Assembly (NCBI GenBank): GCA_031272575.1
Contig: JAISTO010000036.1
Location: 1 to 44,886 of the forward strand
DNA length: 44,886 bases
Reading direction: 5' to 3'
Source: Treponema sp.
GTDB lineage: Bacteria > Spirochaetota > Spirochaetia > Treponematales > Breznakiellaceae
Position 1 is the first letter of the stretch. The number at the start of each line of letters is the position of its first letter. A program made the translations under genes and the position numbers. The notes under the pieces were generated by a model. The model was not told the DNA's origin, did not search any database, and saw only the letters and a program-made list of their open reading frames with translations. Shown here piece after piece: positions 35,525 to 43,383 of the stretch.

Positions 35525-38500
35525 TCAAAACGCCCGCACAGGCCGAACCTGACCAGGAATGTCCTTCATGATGTAAGACAAGATCAGGTCATTCGAACTG
35601 CCATCGGAATTCAGACACCATGCATAGCTTCTGTTGCTCTCGGATGAAGACGCGTATATGGGCCAAATATTCGTAAAGTTTCCAGCCCCCTGCTGTTTCA
35701 GATTGATGTTCATCTGATTTATCTCATCCTTGCTCGGCAGGAACCAGTCATCGTAACCGCCGTACTCGTAATCCGCACAGGCCTGCGCCGCAAGGTGTAA
35801 GCCAGAACCTAACTGAGGTGTGCCATGATTATGCGTTACCAATGCAGCTGTGTTTGTTGCGCCTGTACCGATATCTGTCCCGGTACCGCCACACAATGTG
35901 CCATATCCACCCCACTGGTATGCTGTTGCCAAATCGGCAGGCGCGGCTTCGAGGTAATGGCAAGTAATGCTGTCAGAAACAAAACCGGTGGTGTCGGCAT
36001 AGAATATCCATCCTCCCGCAGGACCAGTATCCCCTATCTGGTATGCCAGGGTTGTCTGACTCACAGCAGCACTCAATGCGCCTTCTCCTTCCGCGTTCAC
36101 CGCGCTTACCTTGTAGTAATAAGTTGTTTCTTTTGTAAGACCAGTGTCGGTATACGAAGTTTCAGTAATGCCTGAAGTAATAGGAGTAGTGTAGGGACCA
36201 TCAACGCTGTCTGCCCGATAGACCGTGTAGGTGTCTGCACCAGTCACCGCATTCCAGTTAAGTACTAATATGCTGCTCAGGGATTGCGCGGCCGCGGTTA
36301 ATCCATCAGGCGCGCCAGGTTTTGTGATTGTGTTCACTACGGTACTGTAATCGGTGACCACTGTATCGTGCCATGCCTTCACCCACACATAGTAAGTCGT
36401 TCCGTTTGAAAGACCGGTAAGCGTATGCGGACTGGTCACCACGCTCAGCCTCACCGCCGCACTAGAGATATTTGCGGTGTGATAATACAGGTCATACGCG
36501 GCGGCGCCGTCCGTGCTGTCCCACGAAACCTGTATGCTCTCGTCAGATAAAGTAACCGCGTTTACCCCGGTGGGCGCGGCAGGAGCGGGAACTCCGCTTG
36601 CGCTTGCGCTCAATGGGCTTTCCCCCAGAGCGTTCTTCGCTTTCAACCACACATAGTACAGCGTCCCGATGTTAAGATCGGCAATGACATGGGGTATCGT
36701 GACATCGCTTTCCTTCGTTGCGGCAGTGCTGTCATTCGTTGTACTGTAATAGAGATCATATCCTGTCGCGCCATCAACCTCTGTCCATGTTACCATGAGT
36801 CCACCCACACCCGCTGGGGTTACCTCGATCGCGGTTGGTGCATTTACGCGAGTCTTCCCGCTCGCGCTCGCGAACGCGCCGGTTATCGCGCCGTGCAGTG
36901 CCCGCACCCACACCGAGTAAGTCGTGTTCGCGGCGAGGCCGCTGAGCGTCGCGTTTATTGCCGCGGCCTCGACGCTCTGCGCCGTGTCGGGGCTGCTTCC
37001 GGTGCTGTAACGCACCTCGTACTTTTCCGCGCCGGCTATGGCGTCCCACGAGACCGCGAGTGAGGTATTGCTGAGCGGCGCGGCCTGCACGTTGGCGGGC
37101 GCGGGCGCGGTTGTGGTCACCTCTATCGTGTCCGTCCACAGCGCGCCCCCGTTGTTGAACGTGAGCGTGAGCGGCAGCACGGTTCCCATGGGGCAGCCGG
37201 CGCTTGCGCTAAAGGTGAAGGTTCCATATAGGCTTCCCCCGTAAAAGAACACTATATTCGCGTTCGTGCTCTGCGTGCTGTTGAGCGTTTTATAGTAACC
37301 GCCGGACAGATTTCCGACCGACAGTATAGTATTTTGACCGATGGTAATATACTCACTCTCTGACGAAAGCGTCACCTGGGCGCTGGAGATAGTGGTCGTT
37401 GTATTGTTCTTTATACGAATGTCCAAATACGCTGACGCGCCGGGAGTCACATTAACGATATTCTTATCGATGAGCTCCTTCAAAGCAAAACCGGTTATCG
37501 ACAGGGGATAGGGCGCGGTGTTTCCCAGCGTTACGGTGCAGCAGTCAATATCGTTTTCATGGATGTCCGCCATAATCTGCCCGTCAAGAAGAGTCGCGTC
37601 CGCCTCGGTATCATTGGGTTCATTGATCTTGAACGCGCTAAACGAGGAGAAGTTCGTCTGCGGCATCGTGTTTATGCCGAGTGAATAGATCGCCTCGCTG
37701 GATTCGGCGGTGCCGGAAATTACGGCAAGGTAAGGCGCTGACGACCAGGGCATGGTCACGCTTGAACGATAGACCGTCCCGTCATGCGCGGTGCTGAACC
37801 GACACGCGCCGGAGAGCGGGCTCAGAATAAGGCCCGCCACGGGGTACTGTGACGCGGCGTTGAAAGTTACCGGCGTTTTGAAAAAGCGCACGGACACCGA
37901 GTCCGTCCAGGTTTTGGGATGCTGCGGATCGGTCGTGGCATCGGTTATCGTAATGGAGATTTTTTTGAAGACCGCATCCGCGTCAACCGGCGTACAGCCG
38001 ATGGTTATTTCGCTGGTGGACACGGTCTCGCCCGGCTTAAGGGTCCCGGTGCAGAGCCGATTCGATATGCCGGACTGCGTTTGCGTTGCAAGTCCGTCCT
38101 CAAACGCAAGCGTGTAACTCGGCGCGTAGCAGCCCGCGTTTCCCGTGTTGGTCACGTTGATGGTGAAGGTGAACGTGTCGGCCCCCGCGTACCCATACCG
38201 CGCGTTGACCGACGTGCCTGCCGGCGCGATGCGCGCTGGCGCGATGCGCGCCTTGAAGTTAACGCCCCCGCCCGTGAGGTGGAGCGTCCCGAGGTGGTCA
38301 CCGTTCGCGCCGGGCGTTACGCGCGCGGTGTCACCTGCGGCGCGCAGTTCGTACTCGTCCCCCGGGATAAGGCCCTGCGCGGTAAAGGTGCCGTCGCTTG
38401 CGGTTGTTGCCGTCACCGTGTTGGCCGCGTCGTTCAGGTTGACCAGAGTCACCTCGAGGCCTGCGACGCTCCGCCCCGCGCCGGCGTCAGCGAGTGTGCC

Positions 38501-38806
38501 GCTCACCTGCGCGTTGGCGACCCGCGAGGCGTAGAGGAAGCACGCGCTGCCCGCATTCGTCACCCTGATGACCCGCGCGGACTGCTTTTCGAGGCGCGGC
38601 GTCCCGGGGTAGGATTCGCCGTTTACGGTGATGGTATTGCTGGTAATGTACCACGCTTCGTCCGCGTCTATGCGGAGCCATTCACCCCAAAACTCGCTCC
38701 CGTAGCGGGGGCCGGTTTCGGAGCCGGTAGGGGTTTTACACGCCGCCCCGCAGAGGACGGCGAGCGCGAGGAGGAGTCCCCGTTTTACGCGATTTTTTGC
38801 AGGACG
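35525..38806 (-). CDS. giant surface lipoprotein: CarboxypepD_reg-like domain, four Fn3 repeats, C-terminal DUF1566-like domain; 5' end interrupted by C11 tract
   Basis: The track ORF 35525..38563 starts at GTG. The frame stays open upstream to the tract and there encodes RPAKNRVKRGLLLALAVLCGAACK (lipoprotein signal). Four repeats of about 90 aa have the Fn3 pattern (L.V.W....GA..Y.+YY....Y.V.V.A). The tail YDDWFLPSKDEINQM resembles DUF1566. Confidence 0.8.
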   Translation of the reverse strand, partial: RPAKNRVKRGLLLALAVLCGAACKTPTGSETGPRYGSEFWGEWLRIDADEAWYITSNTITVNGESYPGTPRLEKQSARVIRVTNAGSACFLYASRVANAQVSGTLADAGAGRSVAGLEVTLVNLNDAANTVTATTASDGTFTAQGLIPGDEYELRAAGDTARVTPGANGDHLGTLHLTGGGVNFKARIAPARIAPAGTSVNARYGYAGADTFTFTINVTNTGNAGCYAPSYTLAFEDGLATQTQSGISNRLCTGTLKPGETVSTSEITIGCTPVDADAVFKKISITITDATTDPQHPKTWTDSVSVRFFKTPVTFNAASQYPVAGLILSPLSGACRFSTAHDGTVYRSSVTMPWSSAPYLAVISGTAESSEAIYSLGINTMPQTNFSSFSAFKINEPNDTEADATLLDGQIMADIHENDIDCCTVTLGNTAPYPLSITGFALKELIDKNIVNVTPGASAYLDIRIKNNTTTTISSAQVTLSSESEYITIGQNTILSVGNLSGGYYKTLNSTQSTNANIVFFYGGSLYGTFTFSASAGCPMGTVLPLTLTFNNGGALWTDTIEVTTTAPAPANVQAAPLSNTSLAVSWDAIAGAEKYEVRYSTGSSPDTAQSVEAAAINATLSGLAANTTYSVWVRALHGAITGAFASASGKTRVNAPTAIEVTPAGVGGLMVTWTEVDGATGYDLYYSTTNDSTAATKESDVTIPHVIADLNIGTLYYVWLKAKNALGESPLSASASGVPAPAAPTGVNAVTLSDESIQVSWDSTDGAAAYDLYYHTANISSAAVRLSVVTSPHTLTGLSNGTTYYVWVKAWHDTVVTDYSTVVNTITKPGAPDGLTAAAQSLSSILVLNWNAVTGADTYTVYRADSVDGPYTTPITSGITETSYTDTGLTKETTYYYKVSAVNAEGEGALSAAVSQTTLAYQIGDTGPAGGWIFYADTTGFVSDSITCHYLEAAPADLATAYQWGGYGTLCGGTGTDIGTGATNTAALVTHNHGTPQLGSGLHLAAQACADYEYGGYDDWFLPSKDEINQMNINLKQQGAGNFTNIWPIYASSSESNRSYAWCLNSDGSSNDLILSYIMKDIPGQVRPVRAF

Positions 38807-38816
38807 GGGGGGGGGG
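38806..38816. repeat. homopolymer G11 (C11 on the coding strand)
   Basis: Counted by hand: 5 G ending line 38801-38810 plus 6 G starting 38811. It lies between the candidate start codons and the lipoprotein signal peptide. Confidence 0.9.
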
Positions 38817-39003
38817 CAAATTGATTCAGTTGTTGCTCTGACGCTGGAGATTTTCGAGAAAATGCCCGCCGCGCCGTCTCAGCGGGAGGGACCGCGAGAC
38901 AGGCAAAAAGAGCGCCGCCTGCCGCGAAGCGGGGGGCGCGGGCAGTCCGAGGGACTGCGACAGCCGCCAAGGCTGCCAAGGAAAAGATATTTTTCATATT
39001 GGA

Positions 39004-39032
39004 AGTATAGCGGGGTTTTGGGGGAAAGTCAA
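39004..39032 (-). promoter_or_regulatory. consensus promoter in leaderless layout, reading toward the lipoprotein gene
   Basis: Minus strand reads TTGACT, 17 nt, TATACT, 6 nt, ATG 38997. Confidence 0.5.
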
Positions 39033-39054
39033 GAGGGCACGATGCCCTCTTGAC
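39028..39054. promoter_or_regulatory. perfect 12-3-12 palindrome carrying back-to-back -35 hexamers
   Basis: gtcaagagggca-cga-tgccctcttgac. The left arm supplies TTGACT on the minus strand and the right arm supplies TTGACA on the plus strand. Confidence 0.6.
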
Positions 39055-39140
39055 ACTAATCTGCTTTTTAGTGCAAAATAAAGAGACATCGCGATGCTGC
39101 GCAGGCAGCACTAATCTTGAATGGCGCTCAAGGAGCATAT

Positions 39141-40495
39141 ATGGCTAATTTTAGGCAAGGGCAAGTTATCCCCCTGGCGGGGGGGGGGGCGAGGCAGAAA
39201 TTGTTCGCACTTTGGGGGAGGGCGGACAAGGCACGGTGTATGAGGTTCGCGTTGGCGGTAAGCCTTATGCGCTGAAATGGTACCACGCGGGAAAACTGAA
39301 GGACAAAGCGGCCTTTCGCGAAAACCTTCGATGCAATATCGAAGAGCCGGAGCGGAGCATGGCGGATTGTCCCATGTTTCTGTGGCCCAAGTTCCTGACT
39401 GAGGAACAGGACGGCAGTTTCGGGTATGTGATGGACCTGCGGCCGCCGGACTACACTGATTTTCCGGCGATTCTGAATCGCAAGGACCGAAAGGGGCAGC
39501 GGGTGGAGTTTGCCTCCACCGAAACAATGATCGCTGCCGCCTTGAATCTGGTGAACGCTTTCCGCGCGCTGCATCGCAAGGGGCTTTCCTACCAGGATTT
39601 AAACGACGGAAACTTCTTCATCAATATTGATACAGGAGCCGTGCTGATTTGTGACAACGACAATGTCACGCCGGACGGCGACGTAAACTCAGGCGGCATA
39701 GGGGGCAAACCCGGGTACATGGCGCCGGAAATTGTCACAGGCAAGGCGCAGCCTTCCGAGCGTACCGATTGCCATTCACTCGCGGTTGTTCTTTTCAAAT
39801 TATTCTTTCGTCATAGTCCGCTGCAAGGGGCGGCTTACGAAAAACTTCCCTGCATGACCGAAAAGCGCGAGATGGAACTGTTCGGGACGAATCCGGTATT
39901 TGTCTACGATCCGGATGATGATACAAACCGGCCGGTCAACGGCGTACACAACAATGTGATAAAACTCTGGCCGCTCTTCCCCGCGTTTTTCAAAGACGCG
40001 TTTGTTCTCTCGTTTGCTCAAGGGATGAAAGCCCCGCAGCGCCGCATCGTCGAAAACGAGTGGCAAAAAATCCTCGTGCGTCTCCGCGACGAATGGTATG
40101 TTACCTGCGTGTCCTGCGGGCGCGCCATTTTTCTGCACCCGGAAAACAAAGAGGCGGGGCTTCGCTGCGGCGGCTGCGGGTCACAGTCTACCTATCCGCG
40201 AAGCCTTTCTATCAAGAAGGGCGCACTCGTGTACACGGTGCCGCTCTTCCCCGCAAAAAAACTCTACGACTGGCACACCACCGAGTCGAGTGAAGACTTC
40301 ATCACCATAACGGGCGAAGTGGTGATGAATAAAAACAATCCCTCGCTTTGGGGAATCAAGAATTGCTCAAACGAGGCGTGGCGCATGGTCACCCCCGACG
40401 GCACAGCAAAAGAAGTGCCCGCCGAGGGCGCTGTTCCTATCGGGGCGGGCGTTAAGGTCATCTTTAACGGCCTTGACGGAATAATAACTCAGTAA
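39141..40495 (+). CDS. Ser/Thr protein kinase with C-terminal zinc ribbon; frameshifted at G11 tract (track ORF 39212..40495)
   Basis: AGGAG plus 5 nt precedes ATG 39141. After the tract a different frame encodes GEAEIVRTLGEGGQGTVYEVRVGGKPYALKWY (Gly-rich loop and Lys), HRKGLSYQDLNDGN, GKPGYMAPE and CVSC...CGGC. A +1 change in the tract joins the two frames. Confidence 0.8.
39179..39189. repeat. homopolymer G11
   Basis: Counted by hand: 2 G ending 39171-39180 plus 9 G starting 39181. It begins in codon 13 of the kinase reading frame that starts at ATG 39141. Confidence 0.9.
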
Positions 40496-40510
40496 AGGAG
40501 AATCTCAAAA

Positions 40511-41242
40511 ATGAGTGACGCAATTTACGGCAATGTGGAGGGCATCATACGCAGGCAGATGGTGCTGTTCTTTTTAATTGACACCTCCGGCAGTATGCAG
40601 GGGCAGAAAATCAGCGCGGTCAATACGGCCATCCGCGAAGTGGTACCGGAACTGGCGGACATCGGGGGCGCGGACATCGATCTGAAGATCGCGGTGCTTG
40701 AGTTTTCGATGGGCTGCAAATGGCAGAACCCCGCGGGGCCCGTATCGGTGGACGATTTCATGTGGAACAACCTCAGCGCGGAAGGCGGCACCGATATGGG
40801 AACGGCCTTTCGGGAATTGAACGAGCGCCTCTCGCGCAACTCGTTTCTAAAAGCGCCGTCGGCATCGGTCGCGCCGGTGATACTGCTCCTTTCGGACGGC
40901 CAGCCGAGTGACGATTACCAAAGCGCGCTTGCCGCCCTCAAAAACAACAACTGGTTTAAGAGCGCGGTAAAAGTCGCGCTCGCTATTGGCAGTGACGCTG
41001 ACTGCAATGTACTCGCGGAATTCACCGGCACCAGCGAAACCGTGCTTAGCGCCTATACGCCGGATATCCTGCGCAAGATGATACGCACCGTGTCGATTAC
41101 CTCCGCGCAGATCGGTTCCCGCAGCCAGCCCTTACAGGAAGGGGATATTGTGAGCAAGCAGGACACCATGGCAGCGGAGATCAAAAATCTCAAGCAGACG
41201 GATCCGGATTACAATTCCGCGGATACGCTGGAAGGCTGGTAA
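40511..41242 (+). CDS. von Willebrand factor A domain protein (TerY-like)
   Basis: MIDAS motif in FFLIDTSGSMQG, later GGTDMG and LLSDGQPSD. AAAGGAG SD. Confidence 0.85.
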   Translation: MSDAIYGNVEGIIRRQMVLFFLIDTSGSMQGQKISAVNTAIREVVPELADIGGADIDLKIAVLEFSMGCKWQNPAGPVSVDDFMWNNLSAEGGTDMGTAFRELNERLSRNSFLKAPSASVAPVILLLSDGQPSDDYQSALAALKNNNWFKSAVKVALAIGSDADCNVLAEFTGTSETVLSAYTPDILRKMIRTVSITSAQIGSRSQPLQEGDIVSKQDTMAAEIKNLKQTDPDYNSADTLEGW

Positions 41243-42105
41243 TGTACCTCAGTTTTAGCGCCCGCGCACAGGGGGACAGCCACAAGGAAAAGGACATCCC
41301 CTGCCAGGATGCGGTCTTCACGTACGTCGATCAAAAGACCGGCGGCCTCGCGATTGTGGCAGACGGCCATGGAAGCGAAAAACACTTTCGCAGCGACGTG
41401 GGATCTGCACTTGCGGTTACTGTTGCGCATACGACAATCGTGGAGTTCCTTCATATATTGAATGATGGCTCCATGCGCCGCGGTGCATTTGACCAGCGCT
41501 ATACCGATGAAATCACCATGATGCAGGAGCAACTGGCGCAGCTTGAACGGACGATTATTACGCGGTGGCGTTCCGCGGTACTGCAGCATTTTGCGGCACA
41601 CCCGCTCAGCGAGCGTGAACAGGCACTCTGTACGCGGGAAAACCTTACGCTCACCGATGAGGATGCACAGGTCCGTGTGTACGGTACGACTCTTATTGCC
41701 GCACTCGCGCATAGCAAGTTGTGGTTTGTCATTCAGATCGGGGACGGCAAATGCGTAGTGCTTGATGACGAAGGCACTCCGTATTTCCCGCCGGAACTCG
41801 ACGATGAAAGTCTTGCCGGAGGCCAGACGACTTCCCTGTGCGACTCGGATGCGGCAGGTCATTTTCGCTGTGATTTCGGCTTCGAGCGCATTAAGGGCAT
41901 TACCGTGGCCACCGACGGCGTAAGCGACTCTTTTTTGCCCGAGGAGTATCTCAAACTGAATGCCCGTCTCTTTGCCGATTTTCTCGCTAACCACAAGAAG
42001 GCGCAAAAGGGGGTGGAGCAGTCTATTGCGGTATGGTCAACAAAAGGCTCCCGCGATGATGTATCCATGGCGGGAGTCTTTTACAAAAATGGTTTATTGG
42101 AGTGA
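41242..42105 (+). CDS. PP2C-family protein phosphatase
   Basis: IPCQDAV, LAIVADGHGS and VATDGVSD motifs. The start overlaps the vWA stop (TAATG). Confidence 0.8.
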   Translation: MYLSFSARAQGDSHKEKDIPCQDAVFTYVDQKTGGLAIVADGHGSEKHFRSDVGSALAVTVAHTTIVEFLHILNDGSMRRGAFDQRYTDEITMMQEQLAQLERTIITRWRSAVLQHFAAHPLSEREQALCTRENLTLTDEDAQVRVYGTTLIAALAHSKLWFVIQIGDGKCVVLDDEGTPYFPPELDDESLAGGQTTSLCDSDAAGHFRCDFGFERIKGITVATDGVSDSFLPEEYLKLNARLFADFLANHKKAQKGVEQSIAVWSTKGSRDDVSMAGVFYKNGLLE

Positions 42106-42120
42106 AAGGAGAAGTATAGC

Positions 42121-43368
42121 ATGAACACGAATTTGTTAACCGCGATAAAGGCGTTGGCGGCGAAGGGCGCTGATGTGTTTAGTGACCTGAAGCGCGTTGA
42201 CGAAAGTCTGCCGGTGTTTGCCAACAAGGAGGCTGCGGCAGAGCGCAGGGCTTTTCTTGCGGTGCTGGCATCGGGGCTTCCCGCGAAGTTGCGCGAGACC
42301 AAGGATACCGCGGCGCGCGCAAGTCTGGTCAACCGGGCCGCGCATTCGCTTTCCGGCGCGAACGAGGCGCCGCCAGCGCTGGCGCGGGAAATCGCCGCGC
42401 TCGTCGAGGCCCTCTGTCCCGCAAAAAGCGCCGCTGCCTCGCCCCCCGCGCCGCCGGTACCGCCGCGGCAGGTTCCGGCCGCGGGGGCGCCGCTGCCGCA
42501 AAGTCCCGAGGCGGCCAAGCCGCCAGCGCGGGCCCTGCGGCTGAGCCGAAAAACGGTGTTTTTCGCTCTTGCGGCAACGGGAGGTGGGCTCGTTACCGAA
42601 AGTATCTGTGAGTGCATACCGTGGTTTAACCAGCATGGGGGGACTTTTTGGTCGGTCATTGTTGAGACTGCCGTATGGTTTGGGGTGATTGCACTGGGCT
42701 TAATCGCGTGTCTTCTCGCGGCCCAGAGTGGGTATCTGAAAAAGCCGCCGAGCGCCCCCACTGTGGTAAAGGCGGTGCTTTTGGGAGTCCTTTCCGGCGC
42801 GGCCGCTGGCGGGCTTGCACAAGCGGTGTTTGCATACACTTCGCAGATTTCAACGGCAGTAGAAATCGTCAGCCGCATACTCTGCTGGGGCTTTGCGGGC
42901 GCGGGGGTAGGGCTTGGTACGAGTTTCTTCGTTCCCAACTATCCGATAAAGCGCTCCCTGCCCGCCGGACTCGTTGGGGGGCTTTTGGGGGGCGTGCTGT
43001 TCCGCGCCTCATTCGGCATTATGCCGGAAGGCATCGCCCGGGTAGTGAGCATCGCCATTCTGGGGCTGTGCATAGGCGCGACTATCGCCATAGCCGAGGA
43101 AATCCTCCGTGAAGCATGGATCACGGTTGACTGGGGGCACAACGAACGCGTGAATGTCACGCTCGGTACCAGGCCGGTGGTACTTGGTTCCGCGCCGGAA
43201 GCGGACATCTTTCTTTCGCGGCAGAACTATCCTGCGGTTGCGCTTGTCGTCAGTATAGACGGACAAAAAGTGATTGTCGACAACAAACTGAACGGCCAAC
43301 GAACCGAAATGGCAAACGGCAGCGAGTTGAGTTTGGGGACAGTCAAAGTTACCGTACACAAACGGTAA
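42121..43368 (+). CDS. membrane protein: shared N-terminal domain, Pro/Ala linker, multi-TM region, C-terminal FHA domain
   Basis: Hydrophobic segments between about residues 150 and 330. The C-terminus VVLGSAPEADIFLSRQNYPAVALVVSIDGQKVIVDNKLNGQRTEMANGSEL has the FHA pattern. SD AAAGGAG. Confidence 0.75.
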   Translation: MNTNLLTAIKALAAKGADVFSDLKRVDESLPVFANKEAAAERRAFLAVLASGLPAKLRETKDTAARASLVNRAAHSLSGANEAPPALAREIAALVEALCPAKSAAASPPAPPVPPRQVPAAGAPLPQSPEAAKPPARALRLSRKTVFFALAATGGGLVTESICECIPWFNQHGGTFWSVIVETAVWFGVIALGLIACLLAAQSGYLKKPPSAPTVVKAVLLGVLSGAAAGGLAQAVFAYTSQISTAVEIVSRILCWGFAGAGVGLGTSFFVPNYPIKRSLPAGLVGGLLGGVLFRASFGIMPEGIARVVSIAILGLCIGATIAIAEEILREAWITVDWGHNERVNVTLGTRPVVLGSAPEADIFLSRQNYPAVALVVSIDGQKVIVDNKLNGQRTEMANGSELSLGTVKVTVHKR

Positions 43369-43383
43369 CAAAAGGAGCATACT

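Noticed and set aside
38785-39138. 117-aa track ORF taken at face value as an independent gene
   Set aside because: Its first 47 codons lie upstream of the best promoter (39032-39004), so only the part from ATG 38997 is plausibly translated. That part is better explained as the out-of-frame leader of the lipoprotein gene, or as a short upstream ORF.
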